The notes under the pieces: model-generated
Database searches by the model: none
Seen by the model: only the letters and a program-made list of their open reading frames with translations
What the model was told of the DNA's origin: nothing
Assembly (NCBI GenBank): GCA_905178155.1
Contig: CAJINV010000004.1
Location: 8,268,882 to 8,332,881 of the forward strand
Direction: 5' to 3'
Length of the DNA stretch: 64,000 nt
DNA from: Amoebophrya sp. A120
Taxonomy: Eukaryota; Protista; Dinoflagellata
Shown: one piece after another, positions 35,101 to 47,716 of the stretch
Layout: the number at the start of each line of letters is the position of its first letter
How positions within the stretch are numbered: the stretch's first letter is position 1
Position numbers and translations under genes: made by a program

Positions 35101-38100
35101 CAGAGACTTCTTCATGCCTAATGTCCATGAGAAATTATGTCGTCTCCTGGAGGCAAAAATCGCACATCTTTTGCTGACTCAGCGGTATAGATTTTTACCT
35201 GGTGCAAAATCCGCATCAGAAGGCCGCGTTCTTCCAGACCCAGATATCTTCGCAATGAATAACCTCGCTGCCTCCAGTTTGAGTTCGTGAAACCGTTCCT
35301 CCGCAGGCTTGGTGTCATAGTCGGAGATAGTGACCTGTTTCGGAAGAAACATTTGGCATATGTATGCATCACTATCACTTCAAGTGGAGATGAAGAGTTG
35401 TCGCATACCAAATTAGTGAAGGGCGAAAACGCCCAGTCGCAACAAATGGGTGTTGACTTACGCTGAAGCTGTCGCCGCCGGCGTTTGTGAGTTGGACCGT
35501 TATGGCGCTGTCGACGGAGGTTTGCGGGAGAGGTTTTGTGCGGCTGGAATCCGCGGTCTTCACCTTACACACCACATCGTGTGGCGCCCCTGCGTCGAGC
35601 CGCGTCCGCGGAGAGGTTGACTTCAGTCGCGACGTCGTTTCTGTGGCGGACAACAAAAAATCGTGCACGGCTGAGACAGCAGAAGAGAAGTCGTACGCGG
35701 GCCCGCAATCCTGGTAAAAGAATGGCATTCCTTGCCCCTCATACCGCGGCTTGTACATGTTGTAGAAGGCTTTTGGCAAGATCGGTGTACTGTGGGTTGG
35801 AGATCTTTCTTCTCTCCACTGCGGCGGGGACTGCAAATGGTACTCCACCGCGAACGGGTCAAACCGGGCTGGGTTTACTTTGCGCAGCGGCGCGCGGTAG
35901 GTCTCGCAAAGTACCCGAACGTGCTGGCTTCGCGCAAACTCGATGTGTGCGTTGAGCTTTTGCAGCGTTTTTACCTGAAAGTTCGGCACTGTAGTCACGT
36001 CTTTCCCGACGAGCTTGCGCAACAGGTCGACGGCGATGAGCAATAGGGGCTCCGGAACCCGGTCGGAGATTCGGAAGTCTTGTGGGCCGTCTGGTCCTGG
36101 AATCTCGAATGACGTGTCGTGGCACGGTAAGAACGGACAATTTGCGACGGCCTCGATCATCTGCCAACACTCGTCCGCAGACAGATCTTGGTACGACTGG
36201 AGACACTTCCGGACGTAAAAGAGGGTGGCGAAGATGAAGGGGTTGTATTCAAAGCCGCTCTCGCGTCCCGGATCTGTTTTTAGAAATGAAATGATCCGTC
36301 TAAATATTTCGCGTAGCGATCACAGTAAAACCGGAGTAAAAGAGTGTCACAAATTCCTTGCGCACCCATTTGCTGCGCAAGCGCATCATTGCAAAGCCCA
36401 CACTGTGTGGTGGCATCACAAAATCTGATCGTGAGTTGTACGGTATACGCAGTAGAATCAAAAGAACGTCCCGAATGGACAAAAATTGAATACAGTCGTC
36501 TCTCTGCGTCTTGAGCGGTCCTTCTAGCTGCTTACACGTGAGTACACAGGACACGCAAAACTGCCGGAGCCAGGCCTGGGCAACTGCTGCGTTTCTTTGC
36601 TCCCACGGGTCGTCTGCAATCGGGCGAAACTCATCGCTAAGGCCGAGAAACTCATCGTTCCAGAACTTCTCGGCGTATCCGTCATACTCTGTCGACTGCT
36701 GTGGCCGTTCTGTAGAAAAACTTCCCGAGAGAGACTTGATTTTAAGTCCGACACACATGTCGTTGTCCTTGCTGCGGTCGTTCAGGCAGAAGGTGAAGTC
36801 CCTGTTGGGGTCATCTGCTTTATCCCCAGCACGGAGAGAGACGAGAGGGAGATCCACGTCATACATAAAGGTCGTGGCGAAGGGATGCGCTGCGAGATGC
36901 GCAGTAGAAAACAGCGCAGCGGCGTGCATGTCGCGCCATTCCTTCCGGTGTGCGTTGTCGAGAACTTTCCAGTCGTGCCCCAGCATCTCTATCCACAATG
37001 CTGCGAGCTTACTTCCGTACCGGGCAAGCCGGATGCCCTGTAGAGACAAGCTGTGCCAATTTTCGTGGTCAACCGCTGCCAACTCCGCTTCGGTTTCCAG
37101 CTCGGACAACCTCTGGTAAAACGGCAGCTTGGGGAACGGGTATTCAATGGCAGCCTGGATCACTTCGCCGTTTTCCAAGTTGTCCTCGGGGGAAAGCCTG
37201 CCAGCAACATCGGATTTCGCCAGTCTTGGCTCGACGCCCGGCCACGCTTCCTTGCACTGTGGATCGGGCTCGGCACTCGGGGTACCTGCGTCGCGTTCGT
37301 TCGCAGAGCTGGTTTTGGCTGGCTGCGCGGTGCGACGACGCAACGCGACAAGGACCGGCGGCACAACTTTCTCCTTGGATGACAATTCTATCGAGGCCGC
37401 AACCAGGAGGTCTCGAAACCGTGTGGTCTTGGATTTCGTTGTGTAGTCGGGTATCGTGCTGTATGCAACTCGAAAAAACGTGTGTGTTCGAGTCTTTTTC
37501 TGTGTAGTCAGATGCGCAGCGAACATCATCACGCCCTGTCATCCATGCATGCATGCATGCCCAACATCAGCATGGCAAATTTGCACTTCGGGGCCCTCCT
37601 TCACACGCGAACAGCAAGCATGATTATCTTTCATCAAATTGCGACACACAGTTTTCGAACCAGCAACACCTTTTTTTCACTTCGCTACAACCTGCCGCTG
37701 CACGACCGGACCCTGGATTATCGTGAGAAAAAGTGCTTCGGATCATCGTCTTATACGTTTTGTTTTCCGTGTACAGTTCCAAAAGTTTGTCATGCAGCAT
37801 GAAAGCAAAATTTCACTCATACGACACGACATCATAATTTCACTTCATGTTGTCCCTGTTCATGCATAAACTACGATTCATCGCAACTAGATTCCTGACC
37901 TCTCAAGAAAGATGTTTCTAGTACCTGGCTTGCGACTTGCACCTCCAATGTGACCGTCACATCGCCGCCCGGAGAGTCGCCCAGCAGAGGTTCAGGAGGC
38001 TGCTTTACCTGCAGATTGTACTGAGAGTTGTTCTCGCATGACAAGGCCGGCAGTTATGACAACGCGCCGACGGAATGATAAATCAATTGAGCATAATTGC

Positions 38101-39409
38101 ATGATTTCTTTCACCAGCAAAGCGAACAATTTCTATACAAGAGATAAGTACCTCAGGAGCTGCACAAAAATCGTTTCCGCAAGGCGGCGTCACGGATGAA
38201 TCTGGCATTTCCACATCCGACGGCGCGACGACACCCACAGAGTTTGCGTCGGTACTGGAGGAGCTGGAGGGCGCTGGCAGAATGCTGGCACTACTGGAGG
38301 TGAACTTGTTTGCCTGAAGAAACAAGAGCTCGTGTTGCGAGCATGACGAAACGAAGTTTCATTGATGATGACATATAGTGTTGTTTTTGCATGACAGATC
38401 TCCAGAACCAAATTGTGCATATCATGATCAGATCCCAAAACTATAGTACCTCGCCGTCATCATTGCACTGCTGCTTGACATTCGCGAAGGAAATCCTAGA
38501 AAAAACCGGCGTGTAGTGTAAAAATATCAACGTACTGCATTTATACGCAAGAAAAGGAAAACAAAAATTCTTCCGCATGACAACGGACTCTGCTTTGCAT
38601 TCCACGACTACGACAGTAGCTTGTTACTCTAAACACAGGTTTTTTCGCCTTGCATATCGGTGCCGGACTCGAGTGTAGCCTCTGGCATGGACACATCGGG
38701 AGCGAGATCATTCGTGCGGTGGTCGACCGGGCCTGTGTAAAAATGAAAAACCCCTCCTCGTCCCTACATTCGTATGGAAATCTGTGATGCGCGGATGGTG
38801 TTCACAGCTTTGTCTTGCACTGCGGCTCTGCAGGTGGCAGAGCCAAAGCCTGTGCAGTCATGTTGTGGAAATGGCGGTTAGCATAGCAGGTTCCTACCCC
38901 TGCTTTGTGGGCGCAGCAGCATTACAAATCGCCTGCATCAACATGCGAGGGAAACTGTGGACGATTTACTTTCTTGCACGTCGATGAACGCCGCGATTTG
39001 TGATCATAAATCAGCATCACAAATTTTCAGAAGCATGCGTTTTTGGTACTGGTGAGAGGAGGGGTTTTTCTCTACGATAGCCTGGAAAACCGGATCCTTG
39101 GGCTCCGCCTACAGTGCTGACGTTGTGCTGCTCCACCTGGTAATAATCGTTTCGGATGCGTGGATCTTTTTTCACAGCTACCAGACAACTGGATCATCAC
39201 CAGGTCATGCAGAGCAGACTTTCACGTACTTGTACATTTTTTTTTGCAGGGTAGAGTCGCAATTTCATCATGCTGCAACTAAGCTTTTTATCCTGCTCTA
39301 AATATAATTTAGTGAACAGCATTGGTACCTCAACACCAGCCTCAGGCTCTCCATCTTCCATTCGCCGCTGGTCCGTCTCAATCTCCCGCTCCATGATTTC
39401 GAACCACAA
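32107..39409 (-). CDS. Large multi-exon uncharacterised protein with internally duplicated domain
   Basis: Coding exons in ORFs 36300-37532, 35375-36160, 34549-34986 and 33759-34427. Paralogous blocks AVAQAWLRQFCVSCVL/AVVQAWLHEFCYSCLL, MIEAVANCP/MIAALANCP, RVPEPLLLIAVDLL/RVPEPVLLIANDLL, EFARSQHVRVL/EFAHAQHVRIL. Gene ends uncertain. Confidence 0.6.
32348..32596. mobile_element. Degenerate introner-like element, family A
   Basis: TATGCATTGCAAATAT..ATATTTGCAATGCACA; imperfect repeat AGGAG/AGAAG; body related to 59277 copy. Confidence 0.75.
33481..33780. mobile_element. Degenerate introner-like element, family A
   Basis: GATCACATGCAAATACCTCTGAATCT..AGATTCAGAGATATTTGCACGGCATA. Confidence 0.7.
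34994..35261. mobile_element. Degenerate introner-like element, family A
   Basis: CATCAAATGCAAACATGTCTGGGTCTG..CAGACCCAGATATCTTCGCAATGAATA; imperfect repeat ATCTC/ACCTC. Confidence 0.78.
38736..39079. mobile_element. Introner-like TIR element, family C (diverged)
   Basis: ..GAAAAACCCCTCCTC..GAGGAGGGGTTTTTCTCTACGATA; repeat GCCTG. Confidence 0.8.
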
Positions 39410-40750
39410 GAAGCGCGATTCTACGGAGACGACAGTTCTAGCTCGGCCCGATGGTGTTGTCGAACCATGACCACGTCGTTTTTTGATGGTGGTCGATCTT
39501 GAATCGTGCCGAACAAGTGCGACGTACTCACGGAAAGTAGGTCAGTTTGGCAAATCTGTGGTTCTTTGGTAGTGCCTCGCGCAACGAAGGGGGGGTCCAC
39601 TCGAAGAAGCCATAAACAGTTCAGGAACAAAGTCAATTTTTGCTGTGCGGGAGGGAAACACAAACAGATTATCAAAATGTTGAAAATCTATATTTAGAAT
39701 AGATTGCTACCATCAAAGTGTTAAACGCCCTATCATATTACACTGGAAAAAAGAAAAACGCCCTGCTATATCATTTGTTTTTTGTTGATTATTGACCCAC
39801 AAAGAAAATCAAACTGGACGAATAAAGAGTCGAATTTTTACAAACAATCTACATCCGAATTCGGCAAGCCAATTTGCAAGGAAGAGGGAAACGAAACAAT
39901 CGCGAAAAAACTACCGAAATATTTTTTTACTGCGGCAGCACTCGTCAGGTTCCGGACTTTGTTCGGTTTCACTCAGCGATTCTGGTCGAAAAAAGCGATT
40001 TTGGAATTACAGGAAAGCAGCTCCGCTCAACGTAGGACGATAACGATATTAGCGACGGTCGATTCACGGGGAACTACGGATAGAACAAACAACTGCTACT
40101 ATGCGGCCTGCACTCTTCTCAAGAAGATGCAGGTGCGCTCTTTCAATCCCCAGTGTGGCTTTGCGAGTTTCAAATATATTTTTGATTGGTGAGTCGCAAA
40201 TTGTAGTGGCAGCAGCTTCATTGGAGAAACTAACAACGCTGTCTGCAGAGGCATTGGTTACTGGAATATCTAGTGCGAGTGGGTGGACCGCCTCAAATCA
40301 AAACTCATCACCGAGTTCGAGTTGGGCATTTTTTTTTCTGTGTAACTACACGATGACAGCAACTATTAACATGTGTGTAACCGGTATCTGCTTCCTTTTA
40401 TGTACTTCGTTATCTTTGTTTCTATGATGAACTTCCTTGTTGACACAAAAATACATTGATTGTACAGATTATGGAAACGTAAGTCTCGTGGCCCGAGGAT
40501 CACAGATTGAAAAGTCACGACTTCAATTTTACCTGCTATGCGTAACATATTCATCTTCGACTTTAACTTTTCAGACTTTTTTACCTCCTTGCCTGGTTCT
40601 AAAAACATTAAACTAAAAATAGTGTCGTGTAAGCAGCAGTGCGACGGAAGAATCAGATAGTTGGCCTTCAACTACAGTACTAGTAGTTCCTTCCATCGTT
40701 ATTCGTCCTTCCCCTTCGCAAAACCACCCGTCTAGCTCGAGCTGCTGTGC

Positions 40751-41054
40751 TATCCTGTGCAAAAACTACGCGCCAACCCCAGAGCTGTCATGCAGGGTTG
40801 CATAACACTCAGCAATTCATGCTTTATGCGGCTTCCCATGGAGGGCAGTTTCCAGTCGTGTTTGAAAGTAGATTATCATGCTCCAGTCGGCATATGGAAG
40901 AAATGGATTCAGTTAATAATTGCGGCGTCCATAGCTGCTGGATGGTAGGCACAATTACACTACAATGCCCAACTTTTTGCAAACCTTTCGAATTTGTGCA
41001 CGTAGCAATTGTATCTTGACTATGGGGCTTTGGTATAGGTCCTTACACAGGATA
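40751..41054. mobile_element. Degenerate introner-like element, family B
   Basis: TATCCTGTGCAAAAAC..ACCCCA / TGGGG..CCTTACACAGGATA. Confidence 0.65.
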
Positions 41055-44000
41055 TTTCCGCCGCCGCTCCGAACGGAAAGTGCTGCGGGCGCTCCGTGCA
41101 GGTCACGCTTCTTATCCCAGAGAAAAAAGCTGGCAGGCTCTATTTGACGCATTGCAAAAACAAACAAGTTAAAGAAGATTTACAAGGTCTGTGTTCGTGC
41201 ATACCTGAAACAGAATAGTAATGGCTCGCGCATGACAGATTTTTCGAAGTATTGGTGTGTATGTGTTTTTGCATTACAAATATGTTGACCTGCAACCTTT
41301 TTTCCGTGGGCGTACTATTCCAGTGCCCAGCCGCTCCACCAAGTTGCGACGTCGGAAACGTTATCAAATGCAAAAATGTGTGGGTCTGGAAATTTGCCAG
41401 ACTTGGCATGCATATTTTGTATGGCCCATGGGCCTGTAATGCATTACCCGGCAGTACCACAGAGTGTTAGAGGGCTTCCTGATGCCTATTCCGCATAAGA
41501 AACGTCCTCATCGTTTTAGCACAAACTGGACTCCTGCTCTTGCTGGTCATGCAATACAGATTTTTTTAGAATCCAAAGACAGCATCACAAGTTGCAACCT
41601 TCCAGACCCAGACATGTTTGCAATGCATAAACGTGATCGTTTCAAAGCGACCGGCGGTGGCGTTGTAGCAGCGGAAGAGCTATGCATTGCAAATATGTCT
41701 GGGTCTGCAAGGATGCGAACTTGTGATGCGCATTTCACAACACAGATAAATCTCTCATGCATAGGCCGCAAAAGGTGCCCATTTCCTGACACCAAAATGG
41801 GGGAGTTGTCAGCTTGGGTCGCAGTGATAGTCCTAAGTGAAGCGATCGGAGATGTCCCACCATGGGGTCGTGGTGAGACTCCTAACTGAAGATGCAGAGT
41901 ACGAGGATGTCGCAGGGGCTTTGCATGACAATCACCTCCTGGTGCGAAATTCATGACTAACATCTGCAAGAATGCGGTGGAGAAAAATGCATGATAACTC
42001 CCTGCAGCTTTGCAGACACCCAGAACCATCTGCACAGGATAGGCGTTCCGCCTTTTCCCACAAAAACGGTAGTGCCCCGGGGAGGCCGTACAGCCTGTAA
42101 AAACCTACCGGCCAAGACTGTGTTTGAGTTTTTTCAATTTTCATAATTGTAGGAAAGAAAAATGTGGCTGTGGGCTTGAGTCATGCATGTGCTGCGTTCT
42201 TCATGATGGAATGCAAATGCTATAAATAGATTCAACTTGACAGGAAAACACAACTATACTTCCGTTACCTCATCACCTCCCGTGACGACTTCTGTCAGGT
42301 CGATTCGCAAGTCTACGCTCGGATAGTAGTAGTCGAGAATTTTGGACTGCAGCCGCAACTTCCGCCGCAAAAAAAATCCGAGTTCGCGCTGGTGTGGATG
42401 CATCACTTTCGGGGTGAGTTGTCCGCGGTCCAAAGGGACTTCACCTAGACGCCCGGAGGAGGATCCTGACGGTTCCTTATTCCGTCCGTCCCGCACTATC
42501 CCGGTGCCCTCGTCTGCAGTCGTGCTGGTTTTAGACGCAGCGCGGTCCCCTTGCGGAACCTGTTCCTCGTGCGCGGCCTGGGTCAGCTTCACCTTCTGCA
42601 AGAGGGCGAGCTCCCGGTCGGTCGCCTGCAGTATTTCCTGGTGGAACCAGTCGGGGAGGTCTCGCTCGTCGAGATGGAATATCGAATGCAAATATGTCTG
42701 GGTCTAAAAACTTGTCGTGCTGGTTGGCGAATCTTGACGACGCCGCAATTGACGGCCCAGCATGACACGAATTTTCTGAGGTACTAGGTGTTGTCTACTC
42801 AGCATGACAAACGGCGTTTCTGCATGACAGAAAAATGGGCCTTCTGGGTGACCACGTGCATGACAGGCTTTTAGAGGCATGCGGGACGAGCATGACAAGT
42901 CGCGCACCCTTTCAGACCCACACATATTTGCATTGCGTATGCAACTTGATGCTTGTTTCCTCGAGATACTCGTCGCAGAACTTGAGAAACTCGTCCGGAA
43001 AACGGTCCTGCAGAAACTTCAGCACCTCCTCCTGTTCGTGCCGCATCGCGATCTCGAAGAGGGGCAGAGAGTCCATCGCGTCGAGCACGTGTTCGACAAT
43101 GTTGCTCTGCAGCACCTTCAGCCACCCGCGGCAACACAGGATCGCGGGGAGAGTAAGTGTGTGGCGAGCCAGTTTATTACCGTTATGGCCGTGCCCGTCT
43201 TCGAGGTGCTTCCTGAGAGCGACATTCGGGCCGCGCGTCCAACCGAGATGGTCGACGGCTGGAACCGAAAAAAACAGACCGATAAAGTCCGCCGCACTGC
43301 CACCGCGCTCCTGCACCAGAAACTCACAGACGGCCAGGTATGCCTCCGAGGTATCACGTGGAAAAGTTCAGCTACCCTACCGTACTTGTTCGCAATTGCT
43401 TCTGTAAGTGAGGAGCATTCGAGCTACAAACAGAAGAGATCATCTCTTGCAAAGCACGAGAGAGCTCAAGCGTACGTCGTTGCGGTGTTGTAAAGGAAGA
43501 GCTAAAGATCTTTGTTGTAGTAGACACAGTAGGACTTCGATGAACACGGAGCCTGTAGTGGCACGGGAAAAGACGGATCTCAGAAGCAATTGACGAATGT
43601 TGCATGGGTGTACTTACTTTTCCGCATCATATTCGGAAGCGCACCCGAGTAGGACCTGCAGCAAGAAGAACCCCAGACCGTCGCTCCTCCCCTCCCAGTC
43701 GTAGTACAAGGACAGCCCGTCTTCGTGTGGTGTCCTGGGTAGTCTCTTATTCGGCAGCGACATGTACCCAAAGGGCCAGAAGTCCTTGATTTCTGCTTTG
43801 GTCTTCCCAGATCCTGCGATCGCCTCCTGGTGTTGTTATGATTACATGGTGTATTTTGGGAATGTGGATCACCTCAATGCACACAGGCAAAAACCAGTGC
43901 TGGCTATGCTTCGACCGAATGACAAAAATAAACTAAAACTGATGTTGTAGTACTTACCGGCTGTGTAGCCTCTACAAGCTCGTCAAATTCGCGGCAATAT

Positions 44001-44179
44001 ATTTCGAGGTATTTCCGGATGTCTCGTCCGTTTTCAAAGCGCAGCAGATCCTCCGCGAGCGTGTAAAACGCCTTGTGATTAAAACGGGGTTCAGCAAGCC
44101 ATACCGTCAAGTCAGGCATCGGCAAGCGCAAACCCACGGGTTGCCTTTGCCGTTCTGCAACCTGAAAATCTTGGACCAT
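41055..44179 (-). CDS. Multi-exon uncharacterised protein
   Basis: Coding-like exons at 43955-44179, 42940-43345 and 42270-42679; removing element 42680-42939 gives EETSIKLHLDERDLPDWF in frame. GT donor (GTAAGTA) near 43957. Gene ends uncertain. Confidence 0.5.
41362..41629. mobile_element. Introner-like TIR element, family A (subfamily A2)
   Basis: Family A TIRs; repeat AACGT. Confidence 0.92.
41681..42041. mobile_element. Degenerate introner-like element, family A
   Basis: TATGCATTGCAAATATGTCTGGGTCTGCAA..TTGCAGACACCCAGAACCATCTGCACAGGATA. Confidence 0.7.
42680..42939. mobile_element. Introner-like TIR element, family A (subfamily A1, reverse orientation)
   Basis: Body is a diverged reverse complement of the 20865/50736/54874 copies; imperfect repeat TGGAA/TGCAA; excision restores frame. 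Confidence 0.88.
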
Positions 44180-44402
44180 TTTGATTTATTAATTTCTTCC
44201 ACAAGCGAACTGCATTGATTTTGATGGTACTTAACAAAACGAAAGGGAGCTTTTGTCATGCATATTTCCATCACGTCTTGTTCGTATGAAGGAGCAACAA
44301 ATTCGTACCTCGTCCTCTGCCGGACCCGGAGTCTCCGCCATGTTGTCTATGTTGGAGGGGACGGTTGTCGAGGCACTCAAATTGGTGTGGAACAAGCGTT
44401 TG

Positions 44403-44589
44403 TATGCAGTGCAAATATGTTTGGATCAGGAAGAATTAGGCAACTTGTCATGCCAAGTCTCGATCACAAAAAAACCTGTGTTGCATGAACGCCAAAAAGT
44501 TGCATATATTCTTGTCTGGCAAAAGCCGGGCTTCTCGTGGGAGATGCGTGCTTGCATTTTTCCAGACCCAGACATAGTTGCATTTGATA
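44403..44589. mobile_element. Short introner-like element, family A
   Basis: TATGCAGTGCAAATATGTTTGGATCAGGAA..TTCCAGACCCAGACATAGTTGCATTTGATA. Confidence 0.78.
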
Positions 44590-46437
44590 TTTTCCTGGGG
44601 TGGGCGAACCAAAAATCGATGTCACAGCGGCGCGCTATTTACGCGTGTCGCCAAAACAAGTCGAAGCCGTACGTACCTGCTGTGCGGTTCATATCTATCT
44701 TTTCAGATTTGCAAAATTTATCAAGCACTAAAATGTATTTCACGATGCAATTTTTACTACAGCATTTTGCAGCTACGTAGCAGTCTGGAACAAAATTTAT
44801 ACCGAGTGCAACGACAACGTTGACGATGGTTTTCTGGTTCTGCAGCAATCCGATCGCTTCATCTTTTTTTTTTAACCCTAAATGGGCTGATTGAGTTCAT
44901 CTTTTGATAGGTAAGATATCAAGTCACGACCGTAGCAGGTGAAAAGAATGAAAAATGCAATTATGCGTGGAGGCTGCAGCAATTTGAACTCATTTCTGTC
45001 AAAATTGCTTGCGATAGATCAGACGCTCGATGTGTGAATGATGCAGCACTGTTTATCTTTTAGAAAACCGACCGGACTACGGAACAAAAAACGGACAGCA
45101 TTGTTGACAAGAATCCAATAAAACCGAAAGCAAAACTTTGGTCGTCAACACACTCGCAACGAAAAAATTCTCTCGACGCCATTTTTTTCTTCAAGTTCAA
45201 GCCCCGGGTGGTTTTGGAGAAAAACGAAAACTTACACGATTTCACGCTCGGTAACAAGACTCGCTCATGGAAGATCAAAACAAAACCCATACCAGGTTTT
45301 GTGAACACAGTAATCAGCCAAGCACAAAGTGGTTATCTCGTACACTGACTGTTGTCAAGCTGGACGCAGCACCAAGGGGAAGGCATGCCATATGAAGATG
45401 TCCATGTCGCTTGTATCAATAAATCACAATTGCTTATTTACTAGTCTTGTTGCGTACCACTCTGCAGTAGCAGGTCTCGATATCGTAAGAGATAGTGTCG
45501 CTAGATAGCATTACCATATGCAATCATGGTTCGTGAGACGGAAGAACCACGCTGCCCACCAGCCTTCTTTCCTCCTGCACTCCTCGAGCTGCCTCGCAGA
45601 GACGCCGCGTAAGTAGGACCGTTCTTGGAACCCCAACCGGCAAATTTTCGCACTCTGGACAAAGACCGCATGATGCCGTTTGGTGCAAGAGCTGCCACGG
45701 TGTCCTTTCACTTCCCCTCGACCCATCTGCTTCTCCGTCGCAATGCAGCCATTCGACCCCCGTCCGGCCGCGTCAAATTTTCGTCGTGGGACTGCAGTAC
45801 AGTAATTTCGCGCTGCTGTTCTTACTCTTAGCAGAAGACGCAACTTCGTTTTTTCCTTTCGCCGGTGATTGTCCTTCTGCCCAAATGACGCCCGTTGTTC
45901 TCGTGCGGCAACAGCGGCCAAACGGGCCTCTACTTCTCATCCTTTTCGTCGCACTACTTCTGCATGCTGTTGGGCTTTCGCTACTGTGAGACGGAGCTAC
46001 CTTTTGAACTGCTCGGTCGCTTGTTTTCGCCGAACAGTGCTTCTTTTCGACGGCGTAGAACAAGGTGCAGCGAATGGCGGCAGGTGCTACTAAGTAACTT
46101 GACGTTCTTCAGTGGGGCTACTGGTTCTCAAGATGGCGCGTGGGTCCCTGCTTTGTGCCGTGTTCGAAAGAGTGAGGGCGTTGCAGAGCAAGTTGAGGCA
46201 GAAAGAAAGTTGTGCCACCAGACGGAGAAAATACTGTAAACGCCAGTAGCTCGATGATCGTCATAGTCGTAGAGGCGGACAGGAGCTTTGGTCCACTTTT
46301 CGCCGACGGTCTTCAGCATCGATGTTGTAGCAGGTGGCAACTGCTTTGTCTCAGTGCAGAACCGCTGGCACCATGTGTCGCAGGAGCAGAGTGCATCGTC
46401 GCTTTTTTCCTCTTGTCGCGAGCGAAATAAATATGCG

Positions 46438-47716
46438 TCAGTGTCCCTCCTCGTCCGCGATCGGATTGGCGTGGACCATATTGAGAGGAAAAATCCCCCC
46501 TCCCCATATTGAAAAGGTATGTTTCCAAAAACTTGTGTTGCAGATTTGAGGTCACAAATCACATCTGTCTTGCAAGAAGACAAGGGCAGAAGCTTCCGCC
46601 CCATTATGGAAGCGGTTTGCCATGCTGTTGGGCCTAAAGGGGAGCCGTTTGCCATGCTGAACAACTAGACCTCTACGCCCCTACCTAGCCTGGGATCTGG
46701 CCGCCATGCCTCTCTGCAATACAAAGCTGATTTGTGGCCACAAATCAGCATCACAAATTTCCGTTTTGATATGGGGAGGGGGGATATTTCATTTTGATAG
46801 ACCACGACGTCTTCAATTACGATGTCCTTCACCGGTATCAAATGCAAAAATTTTTGGGTCTGGAATAGTGCCGGGTTTGTCATGCATATTTTGCATGACC
46901 CAGGATTGTGTGTGATGCATGCCCTACCATCACAGACTTTTAGAACCCTTCCTGATGCCTACTCCGCATGACAAATGCCCTCCCCGCGTAGCACAAACAA
47001 ATCATGCAATACAGATTTCTTTAGAGTCCAAAGGTAGCATCACAAGTTCCAACCTTCCAAACCCAGACACTTTTGCATTTGATAACCGGTCTCGCCTTTT
47101 TTTCGTCGACCACGGGGCTGTCCTCCATTTTCTGCAGCGTCTCGAACCCGTCAATCAGGCGCCCGATCACGGTGTAGCTCCCGTCCAGGTTGGGGAGCCG
47201 CTTGTAGGTCAGGTAGAACTGTGACCCGATTTTTTTGCTTTTCCCCGTGTCCGCGAAGGCCAGGATGCCACGCCGGTCGTGCTTCAGGTCCGGCTTCACC
47301 TCGTGCTCAATCTGCCCGCTCTCGTCGATCACCGCCTTGCCGCCTTTACCGTTCTTGTGGTCGGTGTCGCCGCCTGGTGTAGTTCGTGGGTTTTTGTGGT
47401 CAACATGATCAAATCATGATCATGATCGCTCAAGGTCATGCCGGGCAAAGCAAAGCGAGACTATAAATTAACGGTTCGAGCCGTATGATTATTGCTCAAT
47501 GTGGATGAAAAAGAAAAAAACACCGTCGCATGACAAATAAATCAGCTCAAAAATAGTACCTTGTATGATGAACTGCTTGATGTTTCGGTGAAAGGTGGTC
47601 CCCTTGTACATCCCGCTCGCACACAGCGCCAAGAAATTTTTGCAGCTTTTGGGCACTTTCTGGCAGTGGAGCTCCACCTTGAGGTCCCCGAGGGTGGTCT
47701 TTAGTGTGACAGACAT
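46438..47716 (-). CDS. PPIL3: Cyclophilin-type peptidyl-prolyl isomerase, PPIL3/Cyp10-like (4 exons)
   Basis: MSVTLKTTLGDLKVELHC..NFLALCASG.Y..FHRNIKQFIIQG / GT-AG intron 47374-47559 / GDT..LKHDRRGILAFA..GSQFYLTY..LDGSYTVIGRLIDGFETL..KARP / VKDIVIEDVV / VHANPIADEEGH-TGA; the C-terminal HANP is typical of PPIL3. Confidence 0.93.
46479..46799. mobile_element. Introner-like TIR element, family C
   Basis: TATTGAGAGGAAAAATCCCCCCTCCCCATAT..ATATGGGGAGGGGGGATATTTCATTTTGATA; repeat GACCA; inside PPIL3; near-identical reverse complement of 59605-59926. Confidence 0.96.
46836..47084. mobile_element. Introner-like TIR element, family A (subfamily A2)
   Basis: Family A TIRs; repeat ACCGG; inside PPIL3. 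Confidence 0.96.
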
